This document shows positions 25,438-40,306 of a stretch of DNA of 64,000 bases, piece by piece (position 1 is the first letter of the stretch; every line of letters starts with the position of its first letter). The stretch spans positions 39,680,001-39,744,000 of the forward strand of contig OZ286462.1 of the NCBI GenBank assembly GCA_965644265.1, in the 5' to 3' direction. The translations under genes and the position numbers were made by a program. Origin of the DNA: Glycera tridactyla (lineage: Eukaryota). The notes under the pieces are model-generated. The model saw only the letters and a program-made list of their open reading frames with translations, ran no database searches and was not told where the DNA came from.

Positions 25438-28400
25438 CGTGGGTGGTAACAAGTCAGAATACACAGGTCTCCATCGCTTCACCTCACGCTGACACCAGCT
25501 AATTTAAAGTTCAGTATTCGTGTGTGGAGGAGGGCAGGCAGGATTGCCAGCTTCTGTATTTGTTTACTTTTGACTATCTTCAGCAAACAGAGTGACACCT
25601 TAGGTATCTCCACAGGTATGCTAACCAACTGGTAGCAGCACCCGGCAGCGTGAGAGAATTGCGCATCTCAAGTCGAAGTTTCAACATTCATTTTTAATTC
25701 ACATCATATCAAACATCTAAAATATTGGAATATCCAATCGAGAATGTTACATTTCGGACTTAAAATGAAATATTCTGTACTTCTGTATTCTTTTGATTTG
25801 AGAAACAACCAATATTAAATACTGACCAGAACATGTAGCCTGTTCAGAAACTCTATGACTCTTTTCGGAGAGGCTCAACTATGTGACTCATTCCGTGACG
25901 TTCAACTGCATGCCCCAATTCTCAGTTCTTGGCTAACCTATATGATTACACATTTGTTCGCTAAGCCATAATTTGCTCAAGAGAATATATTGATATCTCA
26001 GCCATTTCTTGTTGAAGAATACCTCTCAAATCATCCTTGTCAGTGATTTTGGCGAGCCCTCTTAGCAATGCACTTGCCTACTTTTCTACTTCGAACAACT
26101 GAAGTATTTTAATGAGTATATGAGAACATTTTGCCATTGCCCTCTATGTTCCATGTGCATCTAACTCATATTCTAGTATTCTGGATAGGAGGCAGGGTTC
26201 AGCCATTTTCCCAATTTAGCACATATGGACATTTCAAGTCTCAAACATTCAAAGTGGTTGCTCTTTTTAGGGAGAATGTGGCATGTTTTCAGCAAGGCCC
26301 TTTTTCCAGACATACAAGACAAAACATTTGCTCACGACAGGCTGAATTTAGGGGTCTTATGAAGAACAACAATAACTAGCACACTTGAAAACACTGTGGT
26401 GTAGACGCCAAACAAACGCCAAACAAACGACTTAGAGTAGGATGCAGTGTGCCTCCAGACCTTGATCCTACATAACTCTATCCTGTCAAATGCAAACAAA
26501 AGCCAGGATATTTTGCATATTATTTATGCAACAGTGCACCACCTAATCCAGGAAATCTCACAAGAATTAGACGTTTTTTTACCGATTAGTTTTTCATTGT
26601 CAAACAACTCGCTTTGCAATAGTTATATCCGGTGGGTACACAACATTCTGCTACTGGTCTATGGACTCTTTTTCCCTCACATTCATTTGCCACAGGAAGA
26701 CGCTACCTGTCAGAAATCTGAGCGATATTCAATATTATCAACGATTTACAGTGTGGACCAAATGATGCAACTTTTCCACAATCACTGATACTTTACATTC
26801 ATGGGAATGCCAGCATTTCATGAACAAAAAAGTTACGATTTCATGTTTTTTGAGTGATAATTAAAAGAAAATTTTCAGAAAAGAGGTGTAGTTCTCCGAT
26901 AAGTCAACATGGCGTATGATATAAGTGAGCCTTATGATTTCACCCTGAAAGCTGACTTCTCATGTATAATAATAATTTGATGGCAATGCCTGCTCATACT
27001 CTGGCATGAAAGACTCAACTTATAGGACAATTTATTTGGTATGGTACTATCAGGAGACCTGGTTTCAAAGTTTGAGCAAAATTCAAACGACTCATGATTT
27101 TCAATTATCACATACAAACTTTGGAATTCAGAATTTTGTTTGGTGACTTGACACCACTGGAAAATTTGAAATTTGTAAAATGTCCAGTATCGAACCCCTT
27201 ATGTTGACCCTGTCCTCCCCCCCCCCCCCACCTCCAGTGAATATCACTCAAAAATGTGTGTGATGGCAACTCTGCATACACTTGTTGAGATCAGTTTGAA
27301 TTGGACTCTCTTCAGATCGCCTGCTCCACAAAATAATCAAGAGATCATCGAAATACCAGATGTCAGATCAAGATCTTATGGATGACTGCTTCTGTATATA
27401 TCTACATGATAGAAGATGATCTGTGTATTTGTGTCTCGGTGAAAAAACTTGATAAACCATCAACAATGATCACAAAAGGAGAATCATCTACTAATATACT
27501 ATAACGGTTCAATACAATGAAAGAGTGACTTTCAAAAAAGACCAGCAAGCATGCGATGACATCAATTATTCACAATTGAGGATGAATAACCTGAAAGTTC
27601 AAATTTGAAGTCAATAAGGGTTTATATGCTGGCACACAGAGTATGGTGAACCCAGAAATATTACTCTAAAATGACAACGCTTGGAGGCCCTATGAGAGGA
27701 AGCATGATGGAACAGTCACGATTTTTATGGATATGATTTATAAATGATGACTTTGTGCATCACAATCTTGCCATATGCATTCATCACTCATACAATATTT
27801 AGATGGGATTGATGCATCAAAGTAGTTTTAATCGCAGATCTCAGTACTTATAAAAAAGATCGTCACAGGTTTGAAGTATAGAGAATGCACTCTTGCCTGA
27901 GAGAGTGTCGGGGCTGAGGGTGTTATGGCCAAAGCTCACCGGAGGTGGCCTAATCCCATCTAGGGGCGCAGGCTATTTGCATAGCCTCCTTCCAAAAACC
28001 TGTGATCTCAAAGTGACAAAGAGGATGAGGGACTCTGTAGTAATACCAACCATTGACATTTTTATCACATTTACCAAAATGCAGGTATTTCTTCTCTCTA
28101 CTTTTTCAATACATCTCCTGAACTGGGGACAAACAACCATGCCCTTGGGGATTCTCGAAATAAAATTTTGGGTCTCTCCCCTCCTTTCTCTCTCTCCCCC
28201 TCTTTCTCTCTCTCCCTCTCACCCTCCATCACTCACACATGTATGCACAAAGATGCAAACACATGCACACACACAGACATACACAGACACACAATCATTT
28301 CGGTTCAGTTTTGTACCAGGCAGAGAATGGAAAGGGAAACCTTATAACTGGAAAAGAAAGGCGTATCAGTTTTTGTATAGAACCAGCCCATTGTCCATAC

Positions 28401-29788
28401 TCAGATGTACAGAAGAGGAGAATTACAGCACACCCCCTGAAATTGATTCTGGACGTATATTAATGTCCAATCCATCTATATCCGTTGGTAATGCAGCCAT
28501 CTATACTGTTACAATGTGAAGGTGAAGGAATGCCAAACATGGGTCACCCCGCACTCTGTATGTACACTCCTGGAAAAACGGCCAGCACATCCATCCATGC
28601 ATCCTGTTTGTTGATCTTTTCTTGAAGCAGTTATAAATACTTCTTGCTGGAGTGGATCATCACACATGTGAGAAAGGTCACTTTTTATGTATGTATCATC
28701 CGTCTTTTCCTCTCCTCTTGAACCAACCTACACCTCTCAACTCTGTCTAGCTCTTCATAAATTGAAAACATTTCTTTAGATCCAATTTGTATATATTTTA
28801 GATGATATCATTAAAACTGAATTTCATCAGCATTACTCAACCTGAAAATGTGCAAAGCCTTACCTGAAGTATCAGGTTCCCGATGAATGCAAATAAGTGA
28901 GTTCAATTCAAACATTGAACGAATGCTTCATGCAATGAATATAAAAGGCATGCAACGGGGAGACATAAAGAAATGTTTGAAATGGTAATTGCAACAGCTG
29001 TCAAGAGGCAAAACGAACATTTTATGAGGTGCTCCATATGAAAAAACACTAAGCTAGATTATCTTATCAGACATCAGGGTGAATCACCAAGTACATGAAC
29101 AGTGAAACTTGTGAGGAGGGGGCTCATTGAAAGATCACCTCTGGCCAGTTACCACTTTTGCAGGGCCACCTATAAATCAAATATGTGGCCCTCCAAGAAA
29201 CCAAATATTATGAAGGTTGATCATTTATGACACTATGCCTGGCTTCAATGCAGGTTTTCACTATAAATGTATATGTGCAAATACATAGCTAAACCCACTT
29301 CCCTCTAAAAACCCTACCACAAGCTCCCCTGGACTGTTGATGATGGGAGGGGGGACTTGCCTAAGCTTCAGTATCTTGGCTTCAATTTCTGACTGCTCCT
29401 GTTCCAATAAGACGGTGAGATGACACACATTATATGTATGTTTATCTGGACCTGGATGGCTCAATCCTTGCTCCAACTGGCAGAGATCCAACCTACCTCT
29501 AATTGGAAATACTGTTTTGCAAGAAGTGGAGAGCATCAGGCTGATATTGGCAAAAGGATGCCTCTTCTAGCTGCATGGTCAGCCAGACAGATTACCTATC
29601 GTCCATCCACATTTTAGACTAAGAGTAATATTGTGTAAAACCTCAGCCCAGAGATCCCCTTTTTTATCACTAGAGTCTACTTCAAGGAAACCTCGAATTA
29701 CCACCAGAATAAAAGATTACATCACTTGCTTTTCATTTGCAAGTACTTCTACTGAACAGAGTGATCTCAAGTAATGTGAAATGAAATA

Positions 29789-29948
29789 CAGTCAAACTTG
29801 TCCTAAGCAAGACTCTTCCTAAGCAAGAACATGCTCTAAGCATCACATTTCTGTCCAACCCAACAGAGTACTGTATTTTCAATTATGATTGATCTGTACC
29901 AAGCATGCTTAGGACATGCTTAGGAAAAGCTTAGGACAAATTTGAATG
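29789..29948 (+). mobile_element. TA-flanked MITE, subfamily C (CCTAAGCA repeats)
   Basis: TA|CAGTCAAACTTGTCCTAAGC ... GCTTAGGACAAATTTGAATG|TA with three subterminal CCTAAGCA/GCTTAGGA repeats per side. Confidence 0.85.
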
Positions 29949-32900
29949 TACCATCATGATGCTGACCTAATATCACTTTTGTTCTTGGAGAAAGTCCATT
30001 TCCATGAATTACACTCATATACTCAAACATATGCCAGCAACTACAGGTTGCCGACTTATACAGGAGAAATTCCATGAATGTAAATGTATTTGCGCATAAG
30101 TGGTATCACCAGAAATACATTGTTATATTTGAGAAAGATATAAATGTCCATATCATAGTAAGACATTCAAACAAAGATTATCCTCAACCAGGATATGGGC
30201 ATTTTTAATTCACTACCATTGAAATTTCACACTCTTGCATTTTGGCATGATGACAATTCTTCGATCAATGTTCCTTCGTAGAATCTACCGATATCTTGGC
30301 TCTCTACAATCAGTTTGATGTCAGTTTGAGAAAAACCAAATCACGTTTTGTAGCGCCATCTAATTTGTAAGGTTTGGTGGGTGCCTAACATGCATGGTTT
30401 AATCACTACTTGGCAAGCGACACGGACACTATTGCCATTCAACAAAAAATTGATAACTGAGATGCAATCTATCATCGACTGTACCCAGGTGGTGAAAGTA
30501 ATTTTTGTTTCCTACTTTCTATCGATCTTTAGGAGGAAAAAATTTCCAAATTTTCAGTCTGACTGCAGTCATTACATGGGAGAAATGAATCAGTAATACA
30601 TTGTATAACAAAGGAATCTTGCTTCATGGTGATATCTTTCTTTTAGACATGATTCTCATCCATACTTTTTATTTTGTTTTAATTTGGGACTGCCTGTCAA
30701 GCCCCACAGCAAAATGTACTTGCCAAAGGCAAATGTGAGGCTCTTTATTTGGACCCTGATCAATTCATATTGGCAAAATGTAAGACTGATTTCATACAAA
30801 TTTTTCTTGACTTCACTAAGCTAACAGAAACCAGAAGCCAACATGATCCAGGGATGGAATGGGAAGGTTCATCCCACATCAATGACAATTGAGAATCATT
30901 TCAAACTAGCCTATTATCAGGAAAGCTGAATTCATAATGATACAATACCAAGAACACCAATAATAACTGAGGTTGGAGTTCACCATGTTCAATCCCCCGA
31001 ACATATATAGGTCATCCCAAATGTAGAATCAATGAGGAAAATGCCACAGTTGTTCGGCATGTTCACTTGCATTTCCATCACAACAAACCCACTGCATCAC
31101 GGTAGACTTCCTTTCAGTTGACATCCTTTCAGAACATCCCCTTCAATAGTTCTATAACACAGCCTGTATGCACAAAGCATCATCATCTCAAAAAGCATCG
31201 AGACAAAAACTGTGAATATTTCCAACCATGTTTACCATATCACTTATCTATGATAGCAGTTTTGAATATGAATGGCATGCATGCATCGGGAATTAGAGAT
31301 CTGAGGGGGGAGTTCACTGACATGGAGGATTGGAAGGAAACACTGATGCCGTTGATCAAAAGTTGATGCCGAAGGCTTTTGCTAAATGTTTGAAATGAAT
31401 AGTGTGATGCGTCCCCAGATATATTTATGATGTTATGCATTTGGCATATTATATTTATCAGAATACCAATGTGTGTGTGTGTGTGGGGGGGGGGGCATGT
31501 GTGTCCATGGGTGGGTGTACAAACACTCACTGTCACCAAGGATGTCTACCTCTGTAGGACAGAAGGAGTAGCAGTGCCAGAAAGAGTAGCAGCAGCAGCA
31601 AGAGTAGCAGTGCCTATCTAAAAGAGAAGCAGTGTCAGTATTTGCAATGAAATAGGAAAATAAAAATTGGTGGTGTAGCGCCTGCCAAATCGACAAACGA
31701 ATCAACCGATGTACCATGTTGGCCCTACCACCTGTGACATGCATCTAAAAACTCACCAATGTATATTATACTCACACTTATTAAATTTGAAAACTAATTA
31801 GCACCAGAAAAAGATGGATGGAAGAGTGAGTTTAATTAATCATTTTCAGATACAAATTATTCGCAGCCTTCTAGCAGCTGGTCGCCCTGAACATGTACCA
31901 TTAGATGTTCAAATTCAAGCCTCAATAGAAAATACATAGAAAATATTATCAGGGCGTGGAAATGTCATGAAAATTGACCTGCCCCTACCCTCCCCGGGCA
32001 GATGACACTGAAATATACCTGCCTGACTCCTCATGCTCTTCATTAATCATAATTTTCTACCCATCGATGGCACTAGTAATAGGCAGATAAAATATGTTGT
32101 TTCAATAATCCCTCTGAATTCCAACGATGCAAACAGTCCATCTCAAATCACAGGTGAGTCAGCGTAAATGCATGCGGCTGAGAAATGCGAGGCAAGCATG
32201 ACTTATATGGACGGAATTAGTAAATATATTGCCACTGGATTGTATACTTAGAGATCACAATTGAATTACTGGACACAGGAAAAATAAATATGAAGTATTT
32301 ATATTAAAAGGAGCATAGTGGGAACGTGTTCTATGCTGTGTGACCGGATGTATGTCAAGACGACACTAGCTGGATTAGAACTTGACACAGATAAGTGAAT
32401 AGATCTATTCTGAGGTTAGCTACGACAACCACGATGATGAGTATCCTTGAAAGCCTGACTGGAGTGGCCATGCAAGTAACGAAAAATGAGTTAAAGATCT
32501 AAAGACCTCTCAATAGTCTAAGTAGTCCTATAAGGACGAAGCTCTCAGGATTTTTCCCGAGCTTTTCATCATCATATGACTTCTGTGATCACTTGGATAA
32601 ATTTGATCAGTACAACAGGTACTAGGTAGGATGAACAAAAGTATGGACCAAAATATACTTCAAAATGGTTACTGAAATTTAGCATCAAAATAATGTGGTG
32701 TCTGCAAGAAGTTGCCACATTCCAGAAATATAGTCGGACACTATACAGAAATCATATAAATATTTTCAACAACCATGAGAAATTTTGGAGGATAAATCAA
32801 ATGGGTTCACACAGCATCCCATGAAGTAATCCTATTGTCAAGCAAATTTTGATCACTGCGGAATTGAGAGTGTAAAGTCAGTCTCATATATTCAGCCTGG

Positions 32901-35900
32901 AGCTGAATCTAAAGCATGTTATAGATGGTGCTTCGTGAATTTTGTGGTACAGATCAGTACCATAGAGATTTTATGCTAGGGCTATCCAGTGGTGTGTAAC
33001 ATCGATTTAAAGAGAGAAGAATACCAACTGATACAAATTACTGTCTTTCTTGGGGGGGGGGGGGGGGGTCGATGACCAAAACATCTGTAAAGTGACAATG
33101 AATCCAGCAGATCTTCCCCTCATTCCAGCAAAATGACAAGAAAATGGGGACAATCTGGCAGGGCACAGTATAGTTCACACCAGCCAAGTGCTCATTTGTC
33201 AGCCCAGGTGGAACTAAATGCCCCAGCCCAGATGCAATTAGGGGGCTGATGACCGAGCCCACAATATCACCCCAATTAACCCATTCTCTGTCACCTAGCA
33301 GCTGACGCGAACCACCTCACTACTGTAATTGATTTTTGGCACCTTTTTGGATGGATGAGAGTGACATATATAATGCAGTAAAACGTAACATTTCACTTCA
33401 AATGATTTTAATCATACAGTACTGCAAATTGACAAAAAGTTCAGAAATGTAGTCAGATATTCTGAAGATATGCTTATAGTCTCAAAAGTACATGATTTAG
33501 AAAGCCGAACCATCTTCGGGCAATATCTGGCTTTTTTCATGTTTTATCCAATCATCTAATTTTTAGAAAAATTCCTGAAAACTGGCATTACTGAATATAA
33601 TGTGATAATCTTCGTGATTGTGTTGTGCTGAAAAAATGTTAAAACATTCCTCCTAAAAGATAATTCCGGCTTTCGCTGAGATTTCATGTCTTGATGACCA
33701 CAGAATCTTAACGAAATCAAGCCAGATAAATGAAAGAAAAAAGACAGGTGAGTGGTTTTCATCACAAAGCACAAGTTTGACAATAATTGTTCAGGGGCTA
33801 TCATTATCATTAGGGGTCACCATAGCAACAGGTAAGTTCTGCAGCAACAGGCTATTCTCCAATTTGATAGGGTGATAACATTATCAAGGGGAACCCAACT
33901 GTGAAAATACCCATAGTCCAGCCCACCCGACTATCACAGCTATCAAAATTCCACTGGATTGGGACGACAGCCACAAATCATCGGGTGACGTTCATTCAGG
34001 TGTGACTGGGGTATTGTGTCGCTGACAAAACAAGACAAAGTTGCTGACCACTGGCGTGGGATGACCGAGACAGATGTGATTTGTCATGCAGTGTAAATGC
34101 CCGACTGGCTGGCGTGCTGGTGGTACATACATTATACGTGATCACGGCTCTGAAATATATAAAAATTCAGCCGAATCCCGGCATCTCATTCATGGCCTGT
34201 CCGAAAGACAAATGATATTTCATGTTTGTTATAAGTAGTAATTTATCAGAAGCACCCTGGAGCAGTAATGGCAATTTTTTATGCATCCTGAGTAGATACA
34301 TGATGTCAAAATGTTTGCCCCATCCCTGCTGGGTGCCATACAAAGTTTGCATTTATGATGTGCCATATTTTCCAGCAAAAAGGTGTTAAAATTTGAAGAC
34401 GCCGGGTATCTATCAAAAACCACCTTTTCACAATTACATGTCGTACACATATACATTAAGTGATGCACAACCAAATATTTGAGGACGGCATATTATCTTA
34501 TGATAACATCACATGCATTTGACTTTTTTTTCCAAATTTTACAAGTTGACAATCTTGTACCTCGGTACCAACTACAGTTTGTTTTTGTGCTGTTATATCA
34601 CAACAGGAATACTATTTGACACCAAAGAGAGCGTTTCACTGATGCCGAGATGTATTCTTGAATAACAAAGTAGGTTGACTCAAGCACTCGTTTTCTTATA
34701 GCAATTGACTACAACAACCCCAATTTTATTTTTATTCACACTTTGGTGAAGTGCTCCCTGGGACTGTTATACTGTGGGATTGTTGAGCGGTCCCCGCAGT
34801 AAACAGCTATAATGGCACATAATGATGTCAATATTGCCCATTACGCTTATCTACCATCACAAATATGAGTTTTATGATTTACAAGACTTGTCCGCCATTG
34901 ACTTTGGCTGACCCGGACAGCTCATCTCTTGCTCTGGACGCACTCCTATCAGTAGAATATACATTTAAAATTTGGGAAGATGCTTCTACATATGAGATAT
35001 TTCTCTGAGAAAAACTTTCAGTTGTATTATGATGAATCAGTCGATAAGAAGAAACCAATATGTCATGTTCCATTATGACACACACAAACAAAATGCAACT
35101 GAAAGCATCTTAAGGGTGAGATGAGCTCAAACACAATGGATCCAGAGAAGCTTCCTTTTAGATATATAACCCCTTCATCTACTGTATGAAAAGTTATCAA
35201 AATGGAAAAGATCGATTAATATATCTACTTCACTTCCTAATAAAAACAGCAAAAATGAGAATTTTCTTATCGCAAAGTTAAGGTTAAAAGAGACATCATC
35301 CCGGGCAAAAATGGTAGTGAAAAAAATACCTGACTATGATAAATGGGCGAGCCAAATTTTCTGGCAATAAGTACAATGTTGAGATCAGTATCGCAAAGTT
35401 CGAGCGGAACAATCACCGATAAACGGAGCAAACTGAACATCCTCTGAACATACCGCTATTCTATTTTACAATCCCAGTCCTCTCTATCAACATCTTGGAT
35501 CTGCGATCCCTAAACATTTACAATACGATAATTCAAAAAGTGCATGAGAGTTACCAATTATGTTGTAACCTAAATGATGGGTCTCCTGATGGGGGCGACA
35601 CACCCTGCTTTGCCACTTGAATAACACTCAACATTTTTAACGGCATCCAACAATGGCTTCAAGTGCTTTCCCAATTTCTACATGATAGTTGTTGTACATG
35701 TCTGAATGGCATATACTATCATGAGTTGCATTAAAAGTGCCATTGAAAATGCAGCATCTGTGCATTTTAGGTGTTCAGCATTTTTCACCAGTATCGATTA
35801 ATGCACCAGGTTATAATCAAACAATTTCGATCTATTTGGCCATAAGCTAGGCAAGACTTTTTTTAACCACCATAACCTGATTTGGATGATTCAATAATCA

Positions 35901-37307
35901 GTGGCTGAAAAGTGATTTCATGCAATCTAAAGTCCATATAGATCTGATATGCATAACAGGATGATGTAGGGATACCAACATTTAATGACCAAAATTGGTA
36001 AAAGTATGGATGGCAGTATTTGCAATGATCAAATAAAAGGATTCTGATTTTCTTGGAGTACTAATATGCATAAAATGCAAAATGATATCTGCTCAAACAG
36101 GGTGATCATTACTTCAACATCATAATGGTTTGCATCTCTAGATATTTAACAAAACACTCGGGCTGGTTGAGAATGCGTCATCTGTATTCGGAAAATTGAC
36201 TGATAAGTCATTTATTCATGTTCCACCTTTAGCTAAGGTGGAACATTATCAATTTTTTCCATAATTTGCATGAAGCTTATGAATAGTACAAAGCATTGCA
36301 GAATTCAACTCATACTTTCAAGCAAATTTATGTTGTAACAAATTCCCAATTAACTATGAGTGTTTTCCAAATACTTGAAAGATGAGAGTAGCATCATTCT
36401 ACAAAATGTTTTATGTCATTTTAAAACTTATTATGCACCAGTCACCAAGAAAAACATCTGACAAAAAGTTGATGAACAACTTTTTGACATGCACCTTATA
36501 GTTCCTGTGACGTATTTCACTTACATAATGAAGGGGGTGCCCTAATTATCAAGGTTTAATTTTCTAAGTACATCAGGGGCATCATTAATTCTGTCTGAAT
36601 TTGATGCAGATCTGAGAGTAAAAAAATATGACATAAATTCTTCAGTGTTGCTAAAACTGCTTCTTACCCAAATTGAAAATAATATACTTTTTTTACCAAT
36701 GGATTCATGTTTTCAAGCTCTTCTCTACCTTGCACCTCAAATTACTTGAGTGTTTACTAAATAGATTTGAATATATAATAGTCTAAACAATACAGGTGCA
36801 GCAAAATCAGTTACAAGTGATTTCCACGAAAATGCATTCATACATTTCCCTCATTCAACAAAGCCTACCTTCTAAGGGCAACTTTTCTATTTGATATAAC
36901 CACCTATACCTCTGATGAACAACCAACTCATCTAAAAGACCACTTTTTGGTGATATTCATGCCAGTCACTGGTTGGAGACATCACTCTAGTTTGTTCACT
37001 ATAAGAAGAATTCGAATACTGATGGTTTTTTGAATTGAACAGATGAAGATAGAACAGGCAGTGGTGCCTGAAGGTTTTAAGGGGAAAAAAGCATAGCAAC
37101 TGAGCGCGTCTTTCCATGAGCACATGTATTTCCAGGTGTGAGTGGGCATGAGCATCAGTGAAACATGTCCAGGATCTGCATAGATATATCAATGGTGGAT
37201 GTGGCCCAGCCGCCTCCCAGCATGAGGCATTGCATGAGACGGATCCCAGAGACGCCCAGCATATGTAATGTGTCATGCAACTTGTTCAGTGTAACAATAC
37301 CCACCTC

Positions 37308-37308
<1 letters not shown>

Positions 37309-37338
<30 letters not shown>
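37309..37338. repeat. (TGC)10 microsatellite
   Basis: Ten perfect TGC units. Confidence 0.95.
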
Positions 37339-37380
37339 GACTTGTGCCCAAAGTTACACACACTCCCTCATTCCCGAATA

Positions 37381-37558
37381 CAGTAGAACCTTTTTTGTGA
37401 GACCGCCCCAAATGCCTCCCAGTAGCGGTCTTCCAAGACAGGTGGTTTCTCATTGGAGGCATATTTGACTATGTCAAATACAAAAGAACCAATGAAGAGC
37501 AGTCTCTCAAAAGAGGGAGGTCTCTCAAAAGAGGAGTCTCACAAAAGAGGTTTTACTG
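37381..37558 (-). mobile_element. TA-flanked MITE, subfamily A (178 bp), reverse orientation
   Basis: TA|CAGTAGAACC ... GGTTTTACTG|TA. The reverse complement aligns with 10397-10574 including the GACATAGTCAAATA core. Confidence 0.88.
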
Positions 37559-37560
37559 TA

Positions 37561-37716
37561 CACTGATGTCGATGTGATGAAGCAAAATTTCCAGGAATAT
37601 ATTAAGACTTTCCTCAGAGAAAAACATACGTATTTTGAAAATCAGAAGCGGATGACAGCGCCTTTTCAATCTAAATTTTCAGGGTTCTGAAAATTTTGGG
37701 AAAAGAGACATCACTG
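37561..37716 (+). mobile_element. CAGTGATG-family element abutting MITE A
   Basis: CACTGATGTCGAT ... AAAATTTTGGGAAAAGAGACATCACTG. Confidence 0.65.
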
Positions 37717-39153
37717 CACATACTCCTCACAGAATACTACCCAAAATGATTTGCAGTCAAACTAGTTCTGCCCATGAGGCAATGGCGAGGGGCAAAATAG
37801 CATGCCTATACTCAAACGAGAAGCCATGGAAGTGGAATGAAGGGAGGATCAAAGATATCCTATAGCGGAATCAATATTGATTTTTCTCAAGCGCAATTGT
37901 TCACAGGAGGGGGTCTATATAGGAACAATCTAAATGAGTCCTCCCATGAAATGATAGGGTGTGGGTAACAGCAATACTATAATTTGATTCAATCCTCTGT
38001 CTGTATACCCTAATTGACCAAGTCTCATAGTAGTGGCTGCTCTGCCAATGGTAGGTGAATATACATCAGCACAGAGTTGATTTAGCTGCAGCTTAGCCAT
38101 CTATACAAACACAGTCATCTCTAAACCAGGACTGGGGCTAGCATACCCTCAAACCCATGAGATCTGGACAAATCTAGGTCATCTGATCCACTAGCAGAAA
38201 TCACGCAGAAGGCTTTCAAGCTGATGAAGCTACACTCTACTTATGGGCTAAAGATCTTGCATGAGCAAAGCTTTCCAAAACCAAGTGATCCAAACAGAGA
38301 GACCTCCCCCCCCCCCCCCCCAAATACTTCTTAGATTTCATCCTCATGCAATGGCTGGAATTATCATTGATGAAATTGACTTGGGAAATCACCTAGGACC
38401 ACATCGATGGGGGAGGGGGGGGGGGGTTGCAATCTAAAATAGTGATTATACTTGCTACAGTTAGCTCAAAGCAAATAAGAGATCATTATGTTGATCTTTG
38501 ACATCGTCGATTAGAATCAGGAGACAATTTTTTTCGCACAGCTAGCTTTAGTGAAACTGACTGCTGACGTCTGAACATTGGGAATCTCAAGCTGAGCAAT
38601 TAAGTCAAACAAATTCACAAGATGGAGTCAGCTGAGTTGCTGTCAAATGATGACCTACTAATCCTCTAAATAGGTCAAAGGATGCAGGACAAATACTTAT
38701 TATGAATTAGATTGAAAGACCAACAACACACGGCTTGGATCGTTAAGCCAATGATGATGGTATTCATCTATCATAATTTGTGGCCAAACTTCAACTGAAG
38801 TCAGTTTGAATAACTCGAGTACTGAAATTCAAGATGTTGTACAATGGTGTATCAGGTCAGGTCAATAGTTCAAAGTTCATTTCTTTGCAGGAGTCAATCC
38901 TCAAATTAGGGCGGCAATGAGGAATTCCTCAATGCATCTGTCAGAATAAATTACCTGTCTATCAGTGTTGAGTTCCCCCTGAAGCTTTTTCAGATTGAGA
39001 AGAAAAACTGTAGTGGCCGTGGGTTAATCATCCTGATGGTATTGGAAAAAGTCTTATGGAATGATGATATAATTATCATGCTCATATTTCATATGTGTCT
39101 TCTTGAAGCTTTGAATTCCAGTCCCGATATTCTGTGCTCTTTGATGGCAACTA

Positions 39154-39395
39154 CAGTCAAACTTGTCCTAAGCAAGACTTGTCCTAAGCAAGAACTTGTC
39201 CTAAGCAACATGATTCGGTTCATCCCGCCAGTACACTGAAATACCTCTGTCAGGATACTGACCTAGATCTCAGCAAAGTAGTCTCTCAATAAAGGTGGTC
39301 CCTCATCATTGGTATATTTGATTACTTCAAAAAGAAAAGCTACCTAGAATAAGTGGTTTAATATTGAGTATGGTCTCTTGTTTTAGGGTCTCTCA
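39154..39395. mobile_element. Partial subfamily C MITE followed by a second family remnant
   Basis: TA|CAGTCAAAC plus three TTGTCCTAAGCAA repeats, then AAAGGTGGTCCCTCATC-type motifs. Right boundary approximate. Confidence 0.65.
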
Positions 39396-40139
39396 TAGCA
39401 GTTTCCATTGTAAATGAAGCATCGGACCAAAATCAGAATGGGAGCAAGCCAGCAGATATATATATATAGCCAATATGATCAAGAGAGCTTTATGTGGGAA
39501 ATAGATAGAGGAAGTATTACCATTTTTTGCAGGGTTTCTGAAATCTTTAGGGAAAGGGTTGCAGTCGCGTGTCTCTATAGGATGGTGAAGCACAGAGTTG
39601 TTACCAAGCCACAAGGGCATTACACCCAGTGCTCCAACATAAAAGCTTGAACCTCGATGGAGGCGATAGACTTGGAGCTGTGACAATTGCGATGGCAAAC
39701 TCTGTCAAAGGTTCTCGTGACAAAAAGAACGATCGCTTTTCATACATACATCGAACAGCGAATTTGCATCAGCTGGCATGATGTCTCTTTTGATACATAC
39801 ATATGGTGAACATCGAATTCGCCTCAGTGACTGACATACAATTTTCATGTGTGGTCAATCTATTAACTCCATCAATTCTGCCTGAATTAAATCAATATGA
39901 ACATCTATATTTAGGGTAGAAATCTCATCGAAATCTTATTTATGAGCCTCTACATTTGGATGGCATCATGTGTACATTATCTTAGCATCATCAAAGGCTC
40001 ACAGGGCTTTTAGGAACACACAACTAGGGCAATTACCTTCACTAACCATCCAATCCCGATTGGTGCATACACAGTTATGTCAATGAACTGAAGAAGTTTC
40101 TTTGGAAATATGGTGATATTTTTTCTAACTACACAATAG

Positions 40140-40306
40140 ACCATTGACAAGAGACCACACCAAATGTCACCAAAGTGTGGTTTTTCATTATGTGGTCTCT
40201 CATCAGGGGTTAATTTGATGATATAAAATTGAAGAAATGCCCTGAGAAAGCAGTCTCCCATCATAGGGGTCTCTCATCCAGGGGTCTCTTGTCACAGGTT
40301 CCACTG
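40140..40306 (-). mobile_element. Degenerate MITE of the CAGT-TIR family
   Basis: GGGGTCTCTC repeats and end GTCACAGGTTCCACTG. Left boundary approximate. Confidence 0.65.

Noticed and set aside
27893-28519. 208-aa plus-strand ORF
   Set aside because: Non-ATG start, runs through TC and CA microsatellites, and has no domain-like content.
28864-28997. Strong minus-strand acceptor and CAG|GTAAGG donor pair (134 nt)
   Set aside because: Frame-shifting length, stop in phase 0 and intron-like composition. Likely a pseudo-exon.
29789-29948. Regularly spaced short repeats resembling a CRISPR array (also 39154 and 16670)
   Set aside because: These are subterminal repeats of MITEs, inverted at the two ends, without unique spacers or cas genes, in an animal intron.
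37155-37386. Poly-Gln/poly-Cys ORFs with a GAG|GTGGGT donor
   Set aside because: Produced by (TGC)10. There is no credible acceptor between it and the MITE at 37381.
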